Position numbers and translations under genes: made by a program
Assembly: GCA_037134655.1 (NCBI GenBank)
Contig: JBAXLR010000001.1
Location: 4,294-68,293, forward strand
Length of the DNA: 64,000 bases
Reading direction: 5' to 3'
DNA from: a bacterium
Lineage (GTDB): Bacteria > Bdellovibrionota_B > Oligoflexia > Oligoflexales > RGVZ01
The notes under the pieces: model-generated
What the model saw: the letters and a program-made list of their open reading frames with translations, nothing else
What the model was told of the DNA's origin: nothing
Database searches by the model: none
Part shown: positions 19,384-27,299 of the stretch, in pieces
Numbering within the stretch: position 1 is the stretch's first letter
How the letters are laid out: each line of letters starts with the position of its first letter

Positions 19384-21198
19384 ATGGAAGAAAAAGACAA
19401 TCCAAAACTCTATAGAATTCGCCACTCGATGGCTCACGTTCTTGCGCAGGCCGTCCAGACAAAATACCCAGCCGTAAAACTTGGCTTTGGTCCTCCCATT
19501 GAGCACGGGTTTTACTATGACTTTGATTTTTCTGGTACCGAGTTCCAGGAAACTGATCTCAAAGAACTCGAAAAACTCATGCGCAAAATCATTGGCCAGG
19601 GCCAGGAGTTCAAACGAGTCGACTGTCAACTAAATGAAGCAGTAGAAACCATTAAAAAATACCGAGACGAGCCCTACAAGATCGAAAACATCAAAAATAT
19701 TGCCGGTCGTGGCGAGAAGAACTTTAGTTTTTACACCAATGGCAGCTTCATTGATCTTTGTGAAGGCCCGCACGTGGAAAACACCCGGGAACTTCAAAGT
19801 GCGGCCTTTAAACTTGACCGTGTTGCCGGAGCATACTGGCTAGGGGATGAAAAACGCCCCATGTTGACCCGCATCTATGCCCTTTGTTTTGAAAAGCAGC
19901 CCGAGCTCGACGAATTTTTGAAGCGCCGTAAGATGGCAGAAGAATTTGATCATAAGAAGCTCGGCAAAGAGCTCGACTTCTTCGAATTTGACGACCTCGT
20001 GGGCAAGGGTCTGCCCCTGTGGCTTCCAAACGGGACGGTTATTAGAAACGAAGTACAAAAGTTTGCCGAAGAGATGGAATTTAAATATGGCTATAAGCGT
20101 GTAGCGACTCCAAATATTGCTAAACAGGATCTGTACTTAAAGAGCCAACATCTTCCGGCATACGAAGAATCCATGTTTCCTCCGATGATCGTAAAAGACG
20201 ACGATGGCGCGGAAGCAACGAGATTCTTCCTAAAACCCATGAATTGCCCCCATCATCATTTGATTTACTCTAGCCGCATGCGTAGCTACAGAGATCTCCC
20301 TCTAAGGCTTGCCGAGTACGGCACCTGCTACCGCTATGAGCAATCAGGCGAGCTCTCAGGCCTAATCCGCGTACGCTGCATGTCCATGAATGATGCCCAT
20401 ATTTACCTAAGACATGACCAGTTTGAGGAAGAATTCCGTAATCTCATGAAAATGTATCAGGAGTTTTACGACACGTTTAAACTCTCATCGTACCGCTTCC
20501 GCTTATCTGTGCGTGGCAAAGAAAACGCCCACAAATTCAAAGGTGATGCGGCCATGTGGGATAAGGGTGAAGCTTTACTGGCAAAAGTTCTAAACGATAT
20601 CGGAGTGGACTATTATGTGGGCGAAGGCGAGGCCGCCTTCTACGGCCCGAAAGTGGACATTCAGTTTAAAAACCTCATGGGCAGAGAAGAAACTGTATCC
20701 ACTATACAAGTGGACTTCTTAAGCCCTGTGAACTTTGAACTCAAATACACCGAAGCCGGTGGCGGCGAAGGTGTGCCTGTTATTATTCATCGCGCGCCGC
20801 TGTCTACTCACGAACGCTTTATTAGTTACCTGATTGAGTACTACGGAGGAGCATTCCCCACCTGGGCGTCTCCCGTGCAGGTCAATCTCATTGCTGTTAA
20901 CCAAGACTGTGAAGCTTTCTGCAAAAAGTTAGCGGATGAACTTCACGAAAGCTACATCCGAGTAGAAGTGGACACGTCAGATAATAGCTTTAACAAGAAA
21001 ATCAGAAATTCCACCGTCCGCAAAACCCCAATCACTTTGATTGTGGGAAATAAGGAAGTGGAAGAAAACAAAGTTACCATCAGGCGCTACGGCATCGATA
21101 AGCAAGAAGCCATGGGTGTCACCGAATTCAAAACAATGCTCCTGGATGAAATCAAGTCTCGGAAAATGCTGCGCGAACCAATGAGCTCTCTTCTATAA
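19384..21198 (+). CDS. thrS: threonine--tRNA ligase (no N-terminal TGS domain)
   Basis: HSMAHVLAQAV editing-domain motif at residue 14. Class II motifs FLKPMNCPHH, YRYEQSGELSGLIRVR and GEAAFYGPKVD. C-terminal anticodon-binding domain. Confidence 0.92.
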   Translation: MEEKDNPKLYRIRHSMAHVLAQAVQTKYPAVKLGFGPPIEHGFYYDFDFSGTEFQETDLKELEKLMRKIIGQGQEFKRVDCQLNEAVETIKKYRDEPYKIENIKNIAGRGEKNFSFYTNGSFIDLCEGPHVENTRELQSAAFKLDRVAGAYWLGDEKRPMLTRIYALCFEKQPELDEFLKRRKMAEEFDHKKLGKELDFFEFDDLVGKGLPLWLPNGTVIRNEVQKFAEEMEFKYGYKRVATPNIAKQDLYLKSQHLPAYEESMFPPMIVKDDDGAEATRFFLKPMNCPHHHLIYSSRMRSYRDLPLRLAEYGTCYRYEQSGELSGLIRVRCMSMNDAHIYLRHDQFEEEFRNLMKMYQEFYDTFKLSSYRFRLSVRGKENAHKFKGDAAMWDKGEALLAKVLNDIGVDYYVGEGEAAFYGPKVDIQFKNLMGREETVSTIQVDFLSPVNFELKYTEAGGGEGVPVIIHRAPLSTHERFISYLIEYYGGAFPTWASPVQVNLIAVNQDCEAFCKKLADELHESYIRVEVDTSDNSFNKKIRNSTVRKTPITLIVGNKEVEENKVTIRRYGIDKQEAMGVTEFKTMLLDEIKSRKMLREPMSSLL

Positions 21199-21308
21199 TG
21201 GGGACACCCGACTGATTGAGTATTGATTAAACAGAGCACTCTAGCCGTGACACTGCTTCATTTCAGCAGATGCTGAATCAATAGCCAATCAGTCGGGTGT
21301 CCCCATTA
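21196..21308. repeat. long inverted repeat (23-bp perfect arms, extendable to 33 nt with a 2-nt mismatch) spanning the thrS / 21289 gene junction
   Basis: taatggggacacccgactgattg (21196-21218) is the exact reverse complement of 21286-21308. A further tattgatt/aatcaata pairing lies inside. Confidence 0.85.
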
Positions 21309-22746
21309 AATATAGTGACTTTAGGTGCCGTCGAAACATGGCCATCACAAACAAGTGAAGGATGGCTTGGGTATTTTTATAGATCCACCAGGGCAAAGCC
21401 GGTACAAAATCAAAAATCGCGACTAGGACAAACTTACCATTAAGAACTTCTCTGAATTCAAAGCGGCCTCTCGGATGAAATTTCGAACTCAGCAGGAGAC
21501 CGCCAGAGATATAGAACATCTGACGATGCTCTGAACTTCGATCTTTTCCATAAGTGAGCTCTAAAAGGGGCACATCGAATCTCGCAAAGATAGGCCTTAA
21601 TATGAAGGCAAGACTCCCATCAGCGTCCTGACGTACAAAGATGAGTGGCCTAAAAAATTGAATGAGCCAATTGGCGTATTCTTTTGTCACCCAAGCAGCA
21701 GTACGACCCACGATCAATGGTAGTCTTTGAACTGAACACACAAGGTTCACGATAGGTTTAGATGGTGTTTTTGTGACCGCTCGGGGTGGTGTTGAAATAT
21801 TGCTGGTCACACGCGACGGTTCATTTGATGGCTCTAATGCTTCAGCCAAGCAAGTTTTAAAACCTTGCGGTTCAATCCCAAGGTTTTCCATGAGGCTTAA
21901 ATCTCTTGCGACCATTTCATGCCTTAAGCTTTGCACTAATGGCCCAATAAGTTCCCGCGGGGCGCCAGTCACAAGGGTCACCCAAAGTCGTGAGAGATTG
22001 GGGCTAAACAAGAAAATCGGCAGGAAGAGACGCTTTTTGCCAAGTTGTCTTGCAACCTCGCGCATCATATCGATATAGGTCATGACATCTCTGCTGCCTA
22101 AATCATACTGTCCACTTCGAATCTCTGGCCTTTGAAGTAGTCTTGTGATGGTCTCCACCACGTCTTTAAGACTCACTGGTTGACTTCTAGTTCTCGTCCA
22201 ACCCGGGCACACCATCATGGGAAGCCTGTCAACGAGCTTACGCATGATGTCAAAAGAAGAGCCATTTTTGCCAATAATTAAACCTGCCCTCAGGGCGACA
22301 CAGGGTACACCGTGACTCTCTAGGGCAGCCTCAACCTCAAGGCGACTAGCCAAGTGCGGAGACAGCTCCTCTTGCGGGATAATTCCCCCGAGGTAAATAA
22401 TTTTTTGAACTTTTGCCTTCTTCGCGGCTCTCGCAAAATTATCCGCAATCAGAAGATCAAGATCCGCGAAACTACCTTGGGTCAGCTTGGCACTCGGCAG
22501 CATGGAGTGCACAAGATAAATGGCCATGTCAGCGCCAGCTAGACCTTGCTCAGCTTGTTTTAAGTTAAACAAATCACACTGACGCCACTCAATGCCGTCT
22601 TCTGTGCGTGTAGATCCGCGACTTAAAGCAATCAGGTCATATTCACCCCTAAGCTTTTCAATCAAGGCACGCCCAACGAACCCACTTGCACCAGCAATTG
22701 CAACTTTTAATTTCTTGGATTGGGAATCTTGACTGATATTGCTCAT
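21289..22746 (-). CDS. NAD(P)-binding SDR-family protein with an uncharacterised C-terminal domain (possibly DUF2867-type)
   Basis: VAIAGASGFVGRALIEKL Rossmann motif. The ~200-aa C-terminal extension has two hydrophobic helices. Confidence 0.6.
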   Translation of the reverse strand: MSNISQDSQSKKLKVAIAGASGFVGRALIEKLRGEYDLIALSRGSTRTEDGIEWRQCDLFNLKQAEQGLAGADMAIYLVHSMLPSAKLTQGSFADLDLLIADNFARAAKKAKVQKIIYLGGIIPQEELSPHLASRLEVEAALESHGVPCVALRAGLIIGKNGSSFDIMRKLVDRLPMMVCPGWTRTRSQPVSLKDVVETITRLLQRPEIRSGQYDLGSRDVMTYIDMMREVARQLGKKRLFLPIFLFSPNLSRLWVTLVTGAPRELIGPLVQSLRHEMVARDLSLMENLGIEPQGFKTCLAEALEPSNEPSRVTSNISTPPRAVTKTPSKPIVNLVCSVQRLPLIVGRTAAWVTKEYANWLIQFFRPLIFVRQDADGSLAFILRPIFARFDVPLLELTYGKDRSSEHRQMFYISGGLLLSSKFHPRGRFEFREVLNGKFVLVAIFDFVPALPWWIYKNTQAILHLFVMAMFRRHLKSLYLMGTPD

Positions 22747-23501
22747 TGAGACACTACCCCGTTAAACGCGGAACGAACATCCAAAGAACAGTTAAGACCT
22801 TCGAGATTTTCATAAAGACACAAAAGATAAACTCCTAGACCAAAGAAATCTGGATGTAGTCTGGTTTTGTTATTTTTACATGACATGAACACAGCATGAA
22901 GTGACTGTTTAAAATGATCCAATGAAAAAGTTACGGCGTCTTGGCTTCCTTGGCCAAAGTGGCTTTGGATGATTGAATCCGCGTGGGAGAGGTTTAATTT
23001 TTCAAGGCCGGCTTTAAATAACAAGTCATTTCCTTGATAAAAGCCCGAGTAGAGTTTTTGCAAGCCTTCTTTAAATTCGGGCGACCAGCCGTAGAATACA
23101 GGCTTTGGAGCCCACTCCGTCATGCCATTAAAAGCAGAAGACCTAAGATCTAAAATCGTTTTGTGGTCAGCAAATAGCTGAGAAAAATAGATCTTTAAAA
23201 CCATGGACCCATACTCTTGCCTCTCTTCGAGACTAAGATTGCGGATGTGAGTTTTAGCACTGAGTTTATCGACTAGTTGAAGTGGCTTGCCAGTCCGAGT
23301 ATTGACTCGTGCTTCTAATGTCGTAGCAGCAGCGGTTTTTACGTTTTTAAATTCTTTAGCACTGGAGTAATCCTTGAGGATTGATCCAAACACTTTTGCC
23401 ATACCAAGAGTCGGCACCACCTCAAAGAAGACGGGAGACACGAAATCGGTGAGTAGCTCCCAGTCTGTACCTTTAAGATTCTTAAATAAGTAATCAATCA
23501 T
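22743..23501 (-). CDS. hypothetical protein
   Basis: 252-aa ORF with 4-nt overlaps to both neighbours, consistent with an operon. No motif recognised. Confidence 0.4.
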   Translation of the reverse strand: MIDYLFKNLKGTDWELLTDFVSPVFFEVVPTLGMAKVFGSILKDYSSAKEFKNVKTAAATTLEARVNTRTGKPLQLVDKLSAKTHIRNLSLEERQEYGSMVLKIYFSQLFADHKTILDLRSSAFNGMTEWAPKPVFYGWSPEFKEGLQKLYSGFYQGNDLLFKAGLEKLNLSHADSIIQSHFGQGSQDAVTFSLDHFKQSLHAVFMSCKNNKTRLHPDFFGLGVYLLCLYENLEGLNCSLDVRSAFNGVVSQ

Positions 23502-23920
23502 GCTGGTAAACCTTTTAGTAAGACCTCAAATCGTCTGGCATGCTCATGCTCTTGCTCGGCAGCGAGGGCCAGAGCCTCTTTAAGAGCCTTTGGATCATCT
23601 GTGCCTAGTCCCGCAAGAGTTGTCTCATAGGTTTTTGCCGCCTCATGCTCTGCCCAAACATGAATGCGGAAGCAAAGAGGCCTGGGCAAGATAGACAGAA
23701 AGCTGCCCAACATCCAGCCCGCTATAAAATTAAACGGAGTCATAAGCAAAACGAGTATAGGACTATTCATAAACTGTGCCATGCTATCTTGGTGGGAGAG
23801 TTCTTCCGCTAGAACATCGCGAAATATTTGCCCACTTGCACCTGGACGCCAGAAGGTTTGCGCCTTATAAATGGCGATAGCTTGTTGTTCGGCGGAATAG
23901 GCGTTTATTAACTTGAGCAT
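23498..23920 (-). CDS. ferritin-like / di-iron carboxylate-type membrane protein (COQ7-like?)
   Basis: Repeated E..H-type motifs (EELSHQD, WAEHEAA, AEQEHEHARRF) flank a hydrophobic hairpin. ATG at 23920 has a GAAGGG RBS. Confidence 0.4.
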   Translation of the reverse strand: MLKLINAYSAEQQAIAIYKAQTFWRPGASGQIFRDVLAEELSHQDSMAQFMNSPILVLLMTPFNFIAGWMLGSFLSILPRPLCFRIHVWAEHEAAKTYETTLAGLGTDDPKALKEALALAAEQEHEHARRFEVLLKGLPA

Positions 23921-23980
23921 GACGATACCCTTCAACCCATTAGACTAGCACGGATAAATTTTTTAGGAGTTAAATTAAAG

Positions 23981-24622
23981 ATGATCACCCAAAAAAACTC
24001 TCTCGTTTTGCTTTCGCGGTTGTTTCTAGCGGTCTTCGCTGTCTTGATCTTACCAACCAACAAGCTCCAGGCAAAGTTTGATCCAGGCGTCTATCAGTTC
24101 AAAGTCCAAGACATCAAAAATAAGGCCGTTGATATGGCGTCTTACCGCGGCAAGGTTTTACTGATTGTTAACACTGCATCCTACTGCGGCTTCACGTCAC
24201 AGTATAAGCCCCTTCAAAAAACTTTCGAGCAATTCAAAGATCAAGGTTTTTTGGTGTTAGGATTTCCCAGTAATGACTTTGGTCGCCAGGAGCCTGGAAG
24301 CAATAAAGAGATCAAAGATTTTTGCGAGCTGAACTATAAAGTGAGCTTTCCTTTGTTCTCTAAGGTCACCGTATCAGGCAATCAAAAAGCTCCTTTATTT
24401 AAATATCTCACGGAAGACTCTGGTCAGGAGTTTAAACGATCAATCGACTGGAATTTCGAGAAATTCCTGATCGGTAGAGACGGCCAGCTAGTCGCAAGGT
24501 TTAAATCATCCACAGATCCACAAAGTGAAGAAATACTATCGGCGGTGAAGGCTGCACTGAAAACAAAGATCGATCAGCCTTCAGCCACCAAGGCCTTGCC
24601 CACGGCCAAACCTGACAAGTAA
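23981..24622 (+). CDS. glutathione peroxidase (Cys-type), exported
   Basis: LLIVNTASYCGFT (TGC codon, not TGA), LGFPSNDFGRQEPG and WNFEKFLIGRDG are the Gpx signatures. N-terminal signal or anchor sequence. Confidence 0.88.
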   Translation: MITQKNSLVLLSRLFLAVFAVLILPTNKLQAKFDPGVYQFKVQDIKNKAVDMASYRGKVLLIVNTASYCGFTSQYKPLQKTFEQFKDQGFLVLGFPSNDFGRQEPGSNKEIKDFCELNYKVSFPLFSKVTVSGNQKAPLFKYLTEDSGQEFKRSIDWNFEKFLIGRDGQLVARFKSSTDPQSEEILSAVKAALKTKIDQPSATKALPTAKPDK

Positions 24623-25626
24623 GCACCTTCGATCTTGGGGCCGCCGAAAGCTTCGCCGGCAAAATATATTTTGAGACTATTAGGCCCACTCCAACTTAAA
24701 TAGGGCTCATTGATCGTCGTCTTCGGGGTCGCAAAACGCCACCTGTGGACTTCGACAGTGGTAGGCCTTGTGACTTTTTTCAAATGAAAGTGTCGCCGAA
24801 GCTCATGGCACACGAAATCGACCACAACGCTGTCGTTAGCCGTAAAAAGTCCGTGGCTTGCCTCACTGGAAAGATGCACCGTTAAAGAGGCCTTCCTGCC
24901 TGACAAACCTTTCGAAAAATTATCTGCCACAAATGCCAAAGGGGCATTCATGGATTTAGCTGGAAATTTATCAAGAGGAAGCTCCTCTGGGTCAAAAAAA
25001 CCCATGACCGCAATGCAAGGGTCATAAATAACGCCACCAAGCTGCTCTATAATCTTGGAAATCTTTTGATCGAGAGGAAATTTTGCCATCATGGCGTTTG
25101 TTTGCGTCAAAGGTGATGTCAGGACTAGTTTTTTGGAAAAAAACTTAGTTCCCGGCTCAGACGTGGATGCTATAAATCCATCAATTAATTCCACGTCGAT
25201 TATTTTTTCATTAAGGGCAATATTTTTTTGAGGCAAGAGTGCCGCAAACTCTTTAACAATCTGATTCATACCATTAGTACCCACGTAGCGTGGATGACCA
25301 TCATCGAGGCTATCGCCAAAGCCCCTAACCCACTCTTTACAGATCCCCTGTTTGAGCCAGGTATCGACTTCTGCTTTAAATGCCGCTGATCTGACAGTAA
25401 AAAACTGCGCTCCGTGATCAAAACGGGCATCCTCGATTCTTCGAGTGGCCATTCTTCCACCGACAGATCTGGACTTATCGATAAGCTTCCAGGACTGCTT
25501 GTTTTCGCCAGTGCTGAGGCTTCTAGCCGCGGTGACCCCGCACAGGCCAGCGCCAATAATCAACACATCGACAATTTCTTGTATAGGTTGCATCCCAGCC
25601 TCCAGCACGGCAAAATGGTCACTCAT
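24574..25626 (-). CDS. NAD(P)/FAD-dependent oxidoreductase (renalase/amine-oxidase-like)
   Basis: DVLIIGAGLCGVTAARSL dinucleotide-binding motif and C-terminal GEAFGGPKIEGAYLSG. Start set at the ATG at 25626. Confidence 0.7.
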   Translation of the reverse strand: MSDHFAVLEAGMQPIQEIVDVLIIGAGLCGVTAARSLSTGENKQSWKLIDKSRSVGGRMATRRIEDARFDHGAQFFTVRSAAFKAEVDTWLKQGICKEWVRGFGDSLDDGHPRYVGTNGMNQIVKEFAALLPQKNIALNEKIIDVELIDGFIASTSEPGTKFFSKKLVLTSPLTQTNAMMAKFPLDQKISKIIEQLGGVIYDPCIAVMGFFDPEELPLDKFPAKSMNAPLAFVADNFSKGLSGRKASLTVHLSSEASHGLFTANDSVVVDFVCHELRRHFHLKKVTRPTTVEVHRWRFATPKTTINEPYLSWSGPNSLKIYFAGEAFGGPKIEGAYLSGLAVGKALVAEG

Positions 25627-25662
25627 TATAGTCCGGAATCCGGACTTTGGAGGCATAAAATC

Positions 25663-26412
25663 ATGACAACGTACGACTTTTCCGGAAAATATTTTTTTGT
25701 CGCAGGTGCCGGCGGAGGAATAGGATCAGAGCTTTCCCGCCAACTTAAAAAATTTGGAGCCAATGTTTTCCTATGTGGTCGAGACGCACAAAAATTGGAA
25801 GCTCTGCAAGCAGAATTAGATTCCGACGGAGCGATCATCGACGGCGCAAGTTTTGCCAGTTACGAAGAGGCTATGGCCAAAGCTGCCACTCACGGTAAAA
25901 TATCGGGTGCTATTTGCTGTACCGGTTCAGTCATTTTGAAGTCAGCTCACGCCACCACGCAGCAGGAGTTTGACGCGACGATTGCTGCAAACGTCACAAG
26001 TGCATTTGGTATGCTTAGATCCTCTGCGAAAGCCATGATGGAGCAAGGTGGCTCGATTGTTTTGGTCTCATCAGCTGCGGCCCAAATCGGTCTTCAAAAT
26101 CACGAGGCGATCGCTGCCGCAAAAGGCGCCATCATCGGACTAACACGCTCCGCTGCCGCCACCTATGCTCGAAGTAACATTCGGGTAAACTGTATCGCGC
26201 CGGGACTAACCGAGACGCCGATGACGGCACGCTTAACGTCAAACGAGGCGAGCCGAAAAGCGTCTGAATCCATGCACGCTCTCGGGCGCCTGGGTAAGCC
26301 ATCGGATATCGTTTCAAGTATGCTTTGGTTACTGTCAGATGAAGCGAGCTGGGTCACAGGTCAAGTGATTGGTGTTGATGGTGGGCTTGGGTCTTTGAAA
26401 ACTCGGGTGTGA
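25663..26412 (+). CDS. short-chain dehydrogenase/reductase
   Basis: VAGAGGGIGSEL (TGxxxGxG), the AAKGA-type active-site region and IRVNCIAPG. ATG at 25663 with a GGAGG RBS; the longer track ORF is an upstream extension. Confidence 0.85.
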   Translation: MTTYDFSGKYFFVAGAGGGIGSELSRQLKKFGANVFLCGRDAQKLEALQAELDSDGAIIDGASFASYEEAMAKAATHGKISGAICCTGSVILKSAHATTQQEFDATIAANVTSAFGMLRSSAKAMMEQGGSIVLVSSAAAQIGLQNHEAIAAAKGAIIGLTRSAAATYARSNIRVNCIAPGLTETPMTARLTSNEASRKASESMHALGRLGKPSDIVSSMLWLLSDEASWVTGQVIGVDGGLGSLKTRV

Positions 26413-26461
26413 TGATTTTTTTTGATGTGGCGTGTAGACTAAGTGTTGGAGGACAACACCC

Positions 26462-27139
26462 ATGCCAGCGCGCTACTGTTTAGCTTTGATGTTTTGTTTT
26501 TTGACTGGCTGCGCCTCGCAGCCAGCCGTTGACTTGACAAATGAGATCATTTCCTCCCAAGTCATCGAAAATGAACGCCGCTGTGATGCGGGAGAGCCGA
26601 TACTGATAGGATGCGAGTATGAATCTTGGGGCAAGAATAAGATTATTCTCTTTGTTTCTGGCAAAAATGCCACCATCAGTGACGTAACAAAAAAAGAGTT
26701 AGGCAGAAAGCTTGAACTAGATAGCAAGTTTCCCTCCCGAGATTACACTATGGGCAACAGAAAGAAAGATCTTCTAACTAATCAGCTTGAAAAATCAGGC
26801 TTTTGCGCATTCTCTGAAGCTCCAACACCCAAGACTTCAGACACCAAAGTCGATTCAAAACAAAATAATAAAAATTTCGTAGCGTTTGTACCAGGAAGTA
26901 TCTTGTCGGGACTGATGGAGGACGGCACGATCTTCCTGCGCAAATGGCCTTCCAAAAAAGCCCCCAAAAGGAAACCTACCGATAAGGTTTCACCGCCCTC
27001 TCAGGATCGGTCCACTAACCTGCCGGAAGACACTATAGCCAAATGTGTCGTGGAATCTAGAGGCGAGGAGGCAGCGCCTACACCTGGAGTTCCAATCAAA
27101 GAGACCGATAGTCAAAGTGGAGATCCCTCATCCAACTGA
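26462..27139 (+). CDS. hypothetical lipoprotein
   Basis: Lipobox FLTGCAS; 225 aa; no family recognised. Confidence 0.45.
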   Translation: MPARYCLALMFCFLTGCASQPAVDLTNEIISSQVIENERRCDAGEPILIGCEYESWGKNKIILFVSGKNATISDVTKKELGRKLELDSKFPSRDYTMGNRKKDLLTNQLEKSGFCAFSEAPTPKTSDTKVDSKQNNKNFVAFVPGSILSGLMEDGTIFLRKWPSKKAPKRKPTDKVSPPSQDRSTNLPEDTIAKCVVESRGEEAAPTPGVPIKETDSQSGDPSSN

Positions 27140-27175
27140 AGCTGATTCGGAACAACCTTAGATCTTCTTAGCGAT

Positions 27176-27204
27176 AAAGCCATTTTACCTGGGCTTTCTT
27201 TTTG
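27176..27204 (+). terminator. candidate rho-independent terminator
   Basis: aaagcc (27176-27181) pairs with ggcttt (27192-27197), followed by cttttt. Confidence 0.4.
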
Positions 27205-27299
27205 GGCATCAAAAATTTTTTTGTGTCACTAACCATCTAGGCTAGAGCCAAAAAAAAGGCTATCTTTGCAAGTCCATGTTTTAGTCTTTGGAGATCGAT

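Noticed and set aside
24160-24200. Selenocysteine-type glutathione peroxidase
   Set aside because: The active-site residue in NTASYCGFT is encoded by TGC (Cys), not an in-frame TGA. There is no SECIS-like requirement.
24574-24622. 49-nt convergent overlap of the gpx and FAD-oxidoreductase 3' ends as a regulatory antisense arrangement
   Set aside because: It is probably just a poorly conserved C-terminal tail of the peroxidase ORF (…QPSATKALPTAKPDK). There is no structural signal, so it is not worth a separate claim.
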